From an uncultured Gemmataceae bacterium (GTDB taxonomy: Bacteria; Planctomycetota; Planctomycetia; Gemmatales; Gemmataceae): a DNA stretch of 64,000 nt. The translations under genes were made by a program, and so were the position numbers. Positions 60,401 to 64,000 of the stretch are shown piece by piece. How positions within the stretch are numbered: position 1 is the first letter of the stretch; each line of letters begins with the position of its first letter. The stretch lies in assembly GCA_963750165.1 (NCBI GenBank), contig CAVVPN010000004.1, positions 608,001 through 672,000 on the forward strand. The letters are read 5' to 3'. Below the pieces are notes generated by a model. That model did no database searches and was not told the DNA's origin. It saw only the letters and a program-made list of their open reading frames with translations.

Positions 60401-63400
60401 TGCTGTGTAGTTGTTGTTCAGGTCGCGGTTGATCGACGTGGCCAGGCCCGTCGCCACATCGGAAAGGTTCAGGGCCAGGTACGCGGTCAGGTTGCTGGCG
60501 GTTGGGTCGATCACCGTCTGGATGCGCGAGTAGTGCGTGCCCTGCACCTCGGTGCTGGTGACCGCCATCACCGTGATGATGACCGGCACGTCCCAGTTCG
60601 CCGGCGAGAAGGTCACCGTCTGGTTGGCGGCGTTGTAGTTCGCGGCGGCCGACGACACCGTGACCTGGCCGTCCGTGACGACATCGACAACGACGTTGGT
60701 GGTCGGCTGCTTGGTGAGCACCAGGGCGTAGGTGGCGGAGGCCGGGTTGCCGCCGGGGCCCTCGGCGACCACGGTGCTGGTGGTCGGCGTGTTGCCGTTC
60801 ATCGGCACCACCTCGACGCTGGCGGCGTGGTTGTCGTACACCTGCACCGCCACCGACGGCACCACAATGCCGTTGTACGGGTCGCCGTCGGAGGCGTTGG
60901 CGCCCTCGGTCACCGTCATGAGGATGTTCAGGGAGCGGTCGCCGGTGGCGATGCCGTCATCCGGCGCCGTGACAGTGACGGTCTGCGGGATGAACCAGTT
61001 GGTGCGGTCGAAGATCAGGGTCACGCCGGTGGCGCTGCCGTCGAGCAGGATGTTGCTGACGCCCGCGCGCTGGTCCTGGGCCGAGAGCGGTGCCGGCGTC
61101 GCCGTGATCCGCACCGGATCGACCGGCGCCTGCGTCAGCACCACCGTGTAGCTGTTGACCACCAGGTTCTGACGCGGGTCGGTCGGCGACCAGCTGGCGC
61201 CGCCCTTGAAGATTTGCAGCGGCCCATTCGGCAGTGACACGACCACGCCCGCCGTGTCCTTGTCGGCCACGTAGGCGACGACGCTCTGGTCGTAGCTGCT
61301 GCCGAACGCCGAATCGGTGCCGGAGGCTGTGATGGTGTGGTCGATCAGGGCGCTGTAGCCGTTCAGGCTCTGGCTGACGACCGTGATGGGTTGGCCGTCG
61401 CCGGTGCCGCCGACGTTGAAGATGTCGCTGCCGAGACCGCCGACCAGCTCCACGTCCACGCCCTGCGGCGTGCTGGCGATGTCGAAGATGTCGTTGCCGG
61501 CCTGGGCGTCCACGACCAGCTTCTGGATGCCAGTGTAGGTCACGTACAGGCCGGCGCCGAAGATGCCCTGGTCGGTGACGACGTAGGTGTCGCCGAAGTC
61601 GGTGCCGACCACGACCACGGTGTTGAAGCCGGTGCCGCCGATGATGTGCACTGGGGCGGTCACGTCGTAGGTGATGAAGTTGGCGCCCTTGCCGCCGTTG
61701 ATGTTCGTGAACGGCGCCTTCGGGTCGTTCGGGTTTACCTTGACGAACGCGTGGATGCGGAAGGTGTTGGTGCCGTCGCCACCGAACAGGAACAGCTCGG
61801 CCAGGTGGTTGTAGACCGTGAAGTCGCTGTCGCCCTGGCCGCCCTGGATGGTCGTCACGAAGCTGGCGCCGTTGGTCAGGAAGCCCGCGGTGGTCTGCGT
61901 CGTCTGGTAGTAGTCCAGCGGGTCCAGGCCGTTGTTGGGGTTGCTGCCGTCGCGCGGCGACTTGAACACTTCGCCGATCTGGTAAGTGTCATTCCCGGTG
62001 CCGCCGAAGATATTCGTCTTGACGAGGTTGTCATCCATCACGACCGTGCTGTTGCCGCCGCCCAGGTACACCGCCAGGCCGCCGGTCAGCGACGGGTCGT
62101 AGTTGACGCGCTCGAAGAATGAGCCCGGCCCGTCCAGCGGGTTGTTGGCGGCGTCCACCGCGTACATGGCGACCACGCCCGTCTTGGCCACCTGGTTGGC
62201 CCGCAGCAGGAAGAAGTCGTTCTGCAGCCGCGTGCCGTAGATCTGCAGCTGGTCGATGCCCAGTTCGTTCTGCGGGTTCTGGTCCTCGACGTTGATGACC
62301 GAGTTGACCGGGCTGCCGGAGGCGCCGAGCACTGCCAGGCCGATCTGGTACAGCTCGTTGCCGGTGCCGCCCAGCAGCGTCAGCGGCGCCGTGATGCCGT
62401 TGACGTAGGTTTGCTTGCCGTTCTGGTCGTAGTTGACGCGGAACACGTCATTGCCGCTGCCGCCCTCGATGGTCGTCGGCTCGCTCACCGTGTTGATGTT
62501 AAAGGTGTTGCTGACCTCATCCGGCCCGGCGACGGTCGCCTTGCTGGCCTGGATGTCGAGGAGCGGCGTGCCGCTCGTGGAGGTGCCCTGCGGCGTCGAG
62601 GCGATGTACAGGTTGTTGTGGCCGCTGCCGAGCAGCAACTGCAGCGTGTGGAAGTTCAGGTAGTGGACGCCCAGCGTCATGCCGAAGCCGGTCAGGTCCG
62701 TGGCCGTCAACTCGCCGGCGGCGCCCAGGGCGTTGCCGCTGTCGTACAGTTGCAGGGCGTCGTTGCCGCTGCCCTGGAGTGTCAACAGGCCGTTCTGCAG
62801 GCCGCTCAGAACGCTGTTCTGCTGCACCGGATCGGTGAAGCTGGTGCCGCTGCCGACGCGCACCGTGCTGCCGGCGCTGCCGCCGCCGGTGTTGATGTTG
62901 GTGTTGCCGGCGATGGTCTCGATGTTAATGGTGTTCTGACCACCGCCGCCGTTCACGTTGGTCGTCATCGCCACGGACGGGCTGCCGGCCGTGCTGTGGA
63001 TCGAGTAAACGTTGCCGCCCTGGCCGAGATTCACGTTCAGCTGCTTCAGGTTGTAATACGCGATACTGCCGCTCGGGCCGAACAGCTGGCCGCGGCCGCC
63101 AACCAGCGTGGCATTGCCCGCCGTGGTGACGGTGTTGGTGATGGTGGTGGCGGTCATCTCGGCAGCGCGGCCGATGGTGTCGCCGGTGTCGTCCACGGAC
63201 ACCATGTCAGCGTGGTTGCTGCCGCCGTTGATCGTTAGCGGGGCCAGCACGCCGAACTGATCGCCGTTCAGCAGACGGTACTGCGAACCGGTCAACGTCA
63301 GCGGGTAGGTGGTCCCCTGGACGTTGATGAAGTTCAGCTGGCCGGGCGTCTGCATGCCGTTGGCGGCCACCTGCCACAGGCCCGCCTTGCTGCCGACCGC

Positions 63401-64000
63401 GATGGTGTCGGTGCCGTTGGCGTTGATCGTCGTCGGGCCGGGGACCGTTTGCAGGGCGATGTTGTCCGTGCCCTTCGCCGCGGTCGTGATGACCGTGCTG
63501 CCGGTGAAGTTGTAGGTCGAGGCCACCGTGAAGGTGTTGGTGCCAATGCCAGTCGCGACACTGACGACGCTGCTGGCCGGGTTGAGGTTGGCGAAGTAGA
63601 CGGTGCCGGAGGTCGCGGCCGTCACCATCACACCGCCGCCGGTCAGGCCGGAGCCGTTCGCCGTCAGCAGGGCCACCGCCGTCACCAGCGTACCCTGGAA
63701 CGTGACCGTCCACGGGCCGCCGTTGGGGCCGGTCACCGCCACGTTGCCGATGCCGATGGTCGGCAGCCCCGCCAGGGTCGATTGCACCGTCGCGGCGGTG
63801 GCGTTGAAGGCGATCGGGGCGCTGGTCTGGCCGCCAAGGCTCAGGGTGAAGCTGCCGGCCGTCGGGCTGCCGGTCAGGGTGACTTTCTGCACGGTGTTGA
63901 TGGCCTGCGGCACCGCCGGGTTGTTCGGCTGCTCGGAGATGGTCACGCTCTGATACAGTTTGACCACCTGCACCGGGTCTGCGGCGGTGAAGTACGCCGG
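39455..64000 (-). CDS. Giant repetitive surface protein/adhesin (>8180 aa, 5' end outside window) with C-terminal DUF4214-like domain
   Basis: Uninterrupted ORF to the window edge (PAYFTAADPVQVV...); T/G/A/V/S/N-rich; beta-solenoid-like repeats, Calx-beta/cadherin-like and PPC-like domains; C-terminal LY..VLGR / Y..YLGR / LY..LLNR helical repeats at 39455-40085. Confidence 0.93.
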   Translation of the reverse strand, partial: PAYFTAADPVQVVKLYQSVTISEQPNNPAVPQAINTVQKVTLTGSPTAGSFTLSLGGQTSAPIAFNATAATVQSTLAGLPTIGIGNVAVTGPNGGPWTVTFQGTLVTAVALLTANGSGLTGGGVMVTAATSGTVYFANLNPASSVVSVATGIGTNTFTVASTYNFTGSTVITTAAKGTDNIALQTVPGPTTINANGTDTIAVGSKAGLWQVAANGMQTPGQLNFINVQGTTYPLTLTGSQYRLLNGDQFGVLAPLTINGGSNHADMVSVDDTGDTIGRAAEMTATTITNTVTTAGNATLVGGRGQLFGPSGSIAYYNLKQLNVNLGQGGNVYSIHSTAGSPSVAMTTNVNGGGGQNTINIETIAGNTNINTGGGSAGSTVRVGSGTSFTDPVQQNSVLSGLQNGLLTLQGSGNDALQLYDSGNALGAAGELTATDLTGFGMTLGVHYLNFHTLQLLLGSGHNNLYIASTPQGTSTSGTPLLDIQASKATVAGPDEVSNTFNINTVSEPTTIEGGSGNDVFRVNYDQNGKQTYVNGITAPLTLLGGTGNELYQIGLAVLGASGSPVNSVINVEDQNPQNELGIDQLQIYGTRLQNDFFLLRANQVAKTGVVAMYAVDAANNPLDGPGSFFERVNYDPSLTGGLAVYLGGGNSTVVMDDNLVKTNIFGGTGNDTYQIGEVFKSPRDGSNPNNGLDPLDYYQTTQTTAGFLTNGASFVTTIQGGQGDSDFTVYNHLAELFLFGGDGTNTFRIHAFVKVNPNDPKAPFTNINGGKGANFITYDVTAPVHIIGGTGFNTVVVVGTDFGDTYVVTDQGIFGAGLYVTYTGIQKLVVDAQAGNDIFDIASTPQGVDVELVGGLGSDIFNVGGTGDGQPITVVSQSLNGYSALIDHTITASGTDSAFGSSYDQSVVAYVADKDTAGVVVSLPNGPLQIFKGGASWSPTDPRQNLVVNSYTVVLTQAPVDPVRITATPAPLSAQDQRAGVSNILLDGSATGVTLIFDRTNWFIPQTVTVTAPDDGIATGDRSLNILMTVTEGANASDGDPYNGIVVPSVAVQVYDNHAASVEVVPMNGNTPTTSTVVAEGPGGNPASATYALVLTKQPTTNVVVDVVTDGQVTVSSAAANYNAANQTVTFSPANWDVPVIITVMAVTSTEVQGTHYSRIQTVIDPTASNLTAYLALNLSDVATGLATSINRDLNNNYTATATGSQVTISNPTVFRFTLADFQTPAGFSASIDGSSVKAFDGSASVTLTNAVTTGDRFVLNLNGSEVSYVAVMGDGPTQVAAGLAAAVTTAGLPYQATASGATLTVKLLQVTISLTANAANPGGVSSIQATTSGIAITASPSAGGFSNALVTFSPINANGTISGQTWGLLLDGVPYSYTSVAGDTLQTIAQALLNEISNDAYAGPVLHLTANPANVGGLSSVSSLTAGITITGLPNAAAFSTAALLFTGSVSAGQVWAITLDGQTYSYTAAAGDTLETVAGKLHAAITTGGFGGTAALSGPFVDPSVLLTSSTSNANGTSSISSTTPGITITSVPQASAFATATVLFSGTVSAGQVWALTLDGHTYQYTAVAGDTLATVASQLRNAIAGGPFGGTAVLAAGGTVQLEGAPFSATVSQTQVNGTVVTPAASFTSATPSANYWVTLVLDLSAITMPVSIPQGTQWVLTLNNYGIGGSSALYGFTAGQNHDTLTPASVDVTITDNKTPGVLIQQSNGSTNVIEPTSNVVLGNGTVSQITAAVDLTANPSNPGGVSRVSTSSAGLILTGNPTPDAFTTAVVLVDTVNNGQPYSITLDGQTYTVPGGNYTPTSLAQALVAVINAAHTFGGTATLDVNTHFTGNFGTSVLQAVQSHDSIYTAQNLDAGKWNQNADPTIEQSTTLPHLTVLGSGHNANDYYSFTITQDMINNAGPNGIQAIFDMEGGAASSVFWASRLELLDQAGNLIAEGPGYSDPAYKGPSNSWWLDDRLTYTFKGTVPATYYLVVTAWFPFNSAGVPAGVNYVLQVSIAQHPVDGFLFAPQAVSQSANNTTPATAQIVDPPTSNTMGAPPSGTNFFTFYDPTLGNANLGGTIDSQTPYVKIQGAGSNAPAYYQFTITPDMVNPSPGALSTPDAPGTYYTVAYLQLNGTVHANDVFTLGLSDHTYTYTALMGDDLHAVAVGLEHAIQTMTPGRFTLTIVNGSDGMMDTLEIQQPDSGFNLVGATSTTLGVTQDILDAGTVSRQTNALQTAAFGGTVMVDTVAATLTLTAAPTNPTGTSSVAEATGTTGIAIMATPSATAFTSATLTLSGTVSAGQLWSIVLDGVTYSYIATGSDTLGTIATHLQSAITGGKAAIFFSTATLTLSGTVAAGEDWFLEVNGRGYMAPTTTGSSTLNSIATALAAALNADGSANVTAGASGTTLTLTAGSNFWFTVGTAILGNSPRELVGIAGTPAPTEFANIKWTMVNFAITSPPRTGETWTVTLGGVPYSYTVQASDTTSADIATGLKNAIPTSYTRSTSGAVLTVSSATAFTATLTVTPAGAVDTTHVTTTPTTQSVQLTGPVNAGDTWTATLATDVTASVMAGSVVNGVTLSTLADIAGGLAYQINTTLTGYAASANGANLVVVRPSGTAFTLAVAITPVGTLTSATGHGAILVTVPAPASASDTWYLSVFDHTGAFVGQAQASGSTAAGLAAALTTAFNGVAALSGYVASNGPGTPGVLVLALDPTQTFTVQLSLTPAAVANQSANSSNQVIPISQSDVNGGDTWSVTITQGTMMYGPFNVMVGSTGSLMSRTNQLANALAADLNISATFTAFATNSGTNHSITVTGLMTGTPYTISVIVNPGMSQTDLSSTVDISPANVFASLLTLQTTPIHTGDMWSVTLTQGATTMTSASYPVVMGDMYTNIASGLAPLLQAVTGLPAMTTLTVQANGPTLVAVESGTGAASFTLTLNIEPAGAVGSAQPSATLTLTGPVSAQDTWHVKLDNNNSGQNVANFPVVTSSMSPSAVVTGLTSQLLAVPGMYVAVARGNQIAVTQVGGFDFTSTLQTQVISADTAPANTTTTAKITLTGPANSGDTWNLTVDGTTYPQTVGTSSATASTVATELAALAVGTQTDRTAVEVDTTVGMVTYSTIYLTLFPSTATPALSFSVTRNSTVATDTVSGTPPTAVQQSVAAQSPSAAGDAWTVTVNGTPVSFTATAAGFANVVSGLVTAINGRHLTVASGASVNASVGPDGNLLVVATDGSAVSVGPVEQDRVAYTNTSNTPDTRDHYLNVTVTLPSGTGVIVANAVWTLTIDGHTYTYMVSAHPQRDNITPATIAAAFVSDINNPSYPGNQTGPPLIFDATLATTGAAFQVTATANIPFVVPLSNFSRGGGSLLGVFDTNNTTPVNGSTPSITYQTFSFLGITFSYPVIVNHSYTITPVLTLYGPSAPGATDLVPLGNLTTNFQELSVSSDAAGSFTLSYNGATTAAIPVAGLDDSAIQSALQLILPSGTTALVRGNGPYFIGFVVTGTSSTAEPVPVQVNTTGLTAGSVTIQEAASSTKATTLDAYFEYLFTYAGNYQIEVTSVLHYADGFLPDQYLPYVPGGLAYQLNMSLPGHPTNPAAIDLVGKTITILTGAAKGESAVITGYDPATNEYTVNQAWNPLPAATDQFEISFNPITQYGSSFTSNSPVTDTYTVVLTAQPTNPVTVNVSPQLTTTYNSQLAFDPRANYGMGQAEVQVATPNLQVTLTGTPAVGETWTITLTNAAGYIANDSTATLTAAYTMTAADMMAPDPLAAVMAGLMAALGQSPFTSQDYTTSTTGLPADTFVIRNTASVNAAFFGHFAILKVPTGGTTPIQTEQGGANITETLQLAGTPAAGQQWAVTLTAPGLANVVVTYTVQAGDNLNTVARGLVRLISALSGPYSAVVDATNGNALDVTRAGTFQASLSDTGGNPINPHDGAMTLQQVQVGLTGFPILGQTWSLTLGGVTYSYAVQFGDALADVAAGLAAAVPTTTYNVSVLGLVLTINRFDGGPMTFAFGISPDSLGGATLTPQLVFTHANWNLAQTVTVAAYDPYNVVEGSDALVFPAPDQRVNSIRGPLTIDGGVLVGQDQFLNNPVLLPGETNFLVPDGSVATVGSVTQGTGTVTYPTPATALLTLGGTPAVGEVWTTTIPSLSGSPTFSYTVKPNDQLADIAAGLALQMQSGLVNATASGVTVTVSLASLNPITLSFAIRGRATITDPNATFVSQDAGQRPGFDPRMNSYSYSITFLNGPATNVQLPVASTSGDILSVGAKTVNGVQVPFTVSFTQNGVAPSDSAARFIGTPVQNPTTGNNYDNFVSATLQWRTLILQLTGTPAVGEVWALTLDGTTYSVTVAPNRNVVSLVAADLAAVLGATATPYNVEQRTGLLGEAYLLITRKNGAAISAGHFDITEAPAGSPTQGGVIFSGDPTLASLYAAGSSVQWTQAAIVLATPGAVGSTWVFRLQYPGNTPETATYQVQSTDTIASVILALKGQFHSDFTPVISGTEVTFAAPWPTTTTTATPGTLYYYAPFNPNTTVAESQSTNTLNVFNNHSPSNDTGTLTATQITGLGMGGDTVIAGTAFNGGITYQGIDVLNVYLGTGNNTFNVQSTSTGATNVYGGGGQNTFNVNTISGHTTINAGTGASTVNVSSATPQIDQISSLLTVVGGNPADVLNIDDSGSQTHYTGTLTGTTLTGLNMPAVPEVQTLVVQANGGTYKLTAPVAGITKVITLQGTVTAGATWTLTLTPGGTVSYVAETGDDLPAVAQGLAAALNGLTGIAAVAKGNTVVAIEQTAVDYTVSLTPGAATVVTGLTQTILLPPAVNAGSTWTVTLRDGSGTTTLAGPVAYTVQAGDTPAVVAQQLAAGLGKALNFSAFVTGNTIVISRLDGAAFTIALTPAAAGAVLGGDQTVTLNYTDSAAVLQQKLATLYGFTDIAVTEDRTVKNVTFTITFTNTRAGRDFAPLQWAESSSAGDLLPLTGLVAGPGNPVSVTTTVVQNGTTAPPQNLVETLTVNATGGSFAIKLLNPNTDSIETTGAVAYNASAQDLFNALDPILNPNNTNPALPFTDNFAVTKYDNVFFITFRGQFSVVNGNATEVITPADIDTTQLAGTLTLDTRTTGINYYDFGAVNLLLGVAGDNLNVQGTHANTVTTIQNGVGNSNITVSSTAPGDGNLLGVQGRLVINGGSAPANRLIVSNYGGYATSPVTQDASPMTQTLTIPAAVVVGDTWTVTLKDGTNTTTLAGPVSYTVQTGDTGADVAQHLAAELAGTANFTAFVTGNTVILTHLDGTAFTVTANSTQGGAVIQTQSVQEITGFAPAPIDYTATGGAFLDGTTNDGVLLKGAALGGDSFNVRSTLAGSTTLIRGGNGSVTFNVASNAVDANKVPTGDYDLHLILGTLTLVGGSGSSNRLVINNHGGPGSPNVLQTTATVAGQVYQQVTGFAPAAIYYTAAPGGAFFDPATGSGITLVGSATGNDTFGIKTTLAGSTTVFQGNAANGGTATFNVDGRTFNPVGPTNGLLGTLLLQGGSSNDLYNIVLSGGGVVLIEDQGVAGGTHTATITSPTPQTLFRLLPNLLSASGQVIGWTAKLQSVDLMNVQLAPVYGATPVGVAAPSPGTVTEIDASTLPNPTGVPKILSLDLSNLPANLLHITGPGQATLTVPGSTAYQPLGYTGFNQVTAAGGLLNVLLDNNSSDMAPAAVTQWTVRMRGNLVELSMNGVVLFDGVSTAIGSITVQGLGGDNVLTIDNTYGLVTPIINFNGGPSGHHALVINGGGSVTYSPSATNPSSGRITVVSGGRSQTINFTNSQDPTPMSQYFFNQLATQPVIISLPSNTDVVTVDSPALASLSQADQNAITGAGLTDGHFNRLAGTIGGLPFTDFFGNDQEVDLLFGDNANPNTPTTNTVTIQSLAAAQLEFFKVLGGAATNTTLTDTTTSYNLPATGGGISFIGGAGTVVNTIVANAPVTQYTLTNSGLTSSGTPSGGGTSQGAATITLSNVNAAQLSGSNTTFDVSGWSSLGTLTDTAGTVVDSGPANFTLSNTQLVRSDNGQTFTLSGITTANLTDTTGGHTFALNSWSGTGTLTNASGTTPGTTATPDAVQAVGPNSYTLTNATTPAQLTIATATTSKTLSLTGTGGFNMAILTATGGGNNFDLSGWTYGAALAGAGLAGNPDKLILSKNADFTLSNSSINTTDGLSASLAGITVANLTALSQPHTFKLDNINGTSHWTGTGTLTSNGGTGTLVASRDADFTLTNTTLSSTDGMALTLNNTNGNINVANLSAINNAHTFNLSNAGGTWTGTGSLSNNVGSGTVAATKNADFTLTNTSLAASDGLSMSLAGFGTANLTVNTAAHAFNLDNANGKWTGHGALTASGVAGTINSTRNADFTLANGSLNTSDGLSLTLSGITIANLTATTTAHVFNLDNTAGSDHWTGTGTLTSTGGTGTINVTRNADFTIASGSLSTSDGMAMTLNNSNGNLKVANLTALTTAHTFTLDAGNDHWTGTGHLVNASGSGTLNVTRNADFTLASGSLNLSDGTSMTLTGFGVANLASLVSPHNFALETVVGSTPDRWTGTGSITGSGGGTVISTRDANFTLVNGKLSASDGLNMTLSAINTANLTVINAAHTITLDTVNAATPDKWTGSGILAASGTGASGTVVTTRDANFTLVNGSLSASDGLAVTLSNIGAANLAVINNPHTITLDTPNAPTPDRWTGGGTLSATGAGASATVISTRDANFTLVNGSLSATDGLNIGLSNVGAANLTVISHPHTFTLDNANGSDHWTGTGSLTGYQVAGTVVVNRDADFFLANGSLSTLEGVAQTPGMSMTLSGITVANLLGATHAHTFTLNNAAGTDLWTGTGTLTSNVTGSTVRAAGAAGFTLTNTKLSSSSGLSMTLVGAFATANLADTAGNQTFDVSGWTAGGTLANASLPQVGDTVVAVKAAGFTLGNTSLTASDGLTLALVGLFNKANLTDTQGGNTFDVSGWTHGGTLANTPSNPADKVTAVKAAGYTLTNTSLSSTDGMGVTLSGPFTTANLTDTAGGNTFDVSGWTHGGKLTNTTSNPVVPDTIVANKPAGFTLGNGSITSTDGMSLTLVGAFGTANITDAAGGHTFDVSTWTGAITLVNASSSPVVPDILVSSKAAGYTLTNTSLTSTDGLSLTLVGPFSTANLTDTAGGNTFTVSGWTGSGSLTDSGATPDTVTMSSGGDYTLTNTSLTSTTGLNLTLSGIGTANLTETAGGHTFTVSGWTGTGSLTDSAAMADTVLASKAGGFTLSDTNLSSGTMSLTLSNVKTATLTDTQGGHTFTVSGWTGTGSLTDTAAMPDTVAASSAGGFTLTNASLSSGTMSLTLTNVKTANLTDTAGGNTFTVTGWTNTGSLSNTGATPDTVTMSSGGDYTLTNTNLTSTTGLNLALSGISTANLTETAGSHTFTVSGWTGVGSLTDTAATADKVVANKAGGFTLSNTNLSSGTMSLTLTNVKTANLTDTQGGNTFTVSGWTNTGSLSNTGATSDTVTMSSGGDYTLTNTSLTSTTGLNLTLSGVGTANLTETAGGHTFTVSSWTGGGSLTDTAATADTVIASKAGGFTLTNASLSSGTMSLTLTNVKTANLTDTKGGNTFTVTGWTGGGSLSNTGATPDTVTVSSGGDYTLTNTNLTNTSGLTLALSGIGTANLTETAGGHTFTVSGWTSGGSLTDTAATADTVIASKAGGFTLSNTNLSSGKMSLTLTNVKTANLTDTQGGNTFTVGGWTGTGSLTDSAATADTVVASKAGGFTLSDTNLSSGTMSLTLTNVKTATLTDTQGSWTFTVSGWTGTGSLTDSGTMADTVIASKAGGFTLSNTNLSSSKMSLTLTNVKTANLTDTQGGNTFTVDGWTGTGIITGTANDTLAATKDVTTFTLSSTGVLSTTDGMQLNLTRIGTVNLTGGPSNNTFSVVPSPVTTVNVNGGPQVIADTLTFDAQGNPVSFGPSSVSAGGTTVAFTNIEKLNFPPTTLNANQRYIQSLYFDVLGRLGTVSELNAWANTLPTNPSTNQLLNVVTAVEHTTEARTHLVDGWYVTYLGRQAQNGEEQTWVNLLAAGQTEDQVLSQIFATAEFASHANALIGGTNANTNYVKALYQLLLNRTPSTAEVNNVLPDVTSLGRAGLATAFVDGQEYRTDQVSADYIRLLHRQGGTAEVSGWATSSLNLQTIRFGLESSGEFYTNG
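40440..43400 (-). repeat. Intragenic tandem repeats of ~62-63 aa (186/189 bp) in the giant gene
   Basis: The marker ttgacgtt recurs at 40500, 40686, 40872, 41247, 41622, 41997 and 42183 (spacings 186, 186, 375, 375, 375, 186). Unit: TFTVSGWTGTGSLTD...ASKAGGFTLSNTNLSSGTMSLTLTNVKTANLTDTQGGN. Confidence 0.92.

Noticed and set aside
42149..61237. Very long plus-strand ORFs (1473, 1171, 1365, 1181 and 912 aa) opposite the giant gene
   Set aside because: Antisense shadows caused by high-GC codon bias; R/G/A/V-rich with no recognisable motifs.
63971..63973. ORF-track start codon for the giant protein
   Set aside because: The frame stays open to position 64000, so the true start lies outside the window.
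39455..64000. Inteins/Hint domains, an RTX toxin domain or a DGR target explaining the inserts
   Set aside because: No Cys/Ser...His-Asn splice motifs were noticed at the insert ends; GGxGxD-like turns are scattered rather than canonical RTX nonamer arrays; no reverse transcriptase or template/variable repeat pair was seen.
1..64000. tRNA, rRNA, integrase or transposase genes
   Set aside because: None recognised; intergenic gaps are short and are accounted for by repeats or terminators.

Overview
High-GC bacterial genomic DNA, most likely Planctomycetota (Gemmataceae-like). The evidence is three DUF1501 paralogs, a DUF4058 gene, an ECF-sigma/Ser-Thr-kinase-TPR pair, a 'MTEAEW' family fragment and mqnD. 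The first ~39 kb hold housekeeping and metabolic genes (asnS, PfkB kinase, mqnD, recQ, pdxA, ygfZ-like, LarA-like, formate dehydrogenase). They are interspersed with small toxin-antitoxin or defence-like cassettes (vapBC, HEPN + BolA/MNT-like, AAA_21 + DUF4276), gene remnants and several families of REP-like palindromic or short tandem repeats. The last 24.5 kb is the 3' part of one giant (>8,180 aa, open at the window edge) Thr/Gly/Ala-rich surface protein with a C-terminal DUF4214-like anchor. Its most unusual property is a nested ('Russian-doll') architecture: recognisable repeat domains are split and filled with arrays of ~90-aa modules, up to three levels deep, which would imply a branched rather than linear adhesin. 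Other points of interest are an FDH with the Asp->Gln change associated with NADP+ use, a HEPN cassette bracketed by a 29-bp direct repeat of the DUF4058 3' end, and three frameshifts that may be sequencing errors. All family assignments come from motif recognition by eye; no database search was run.
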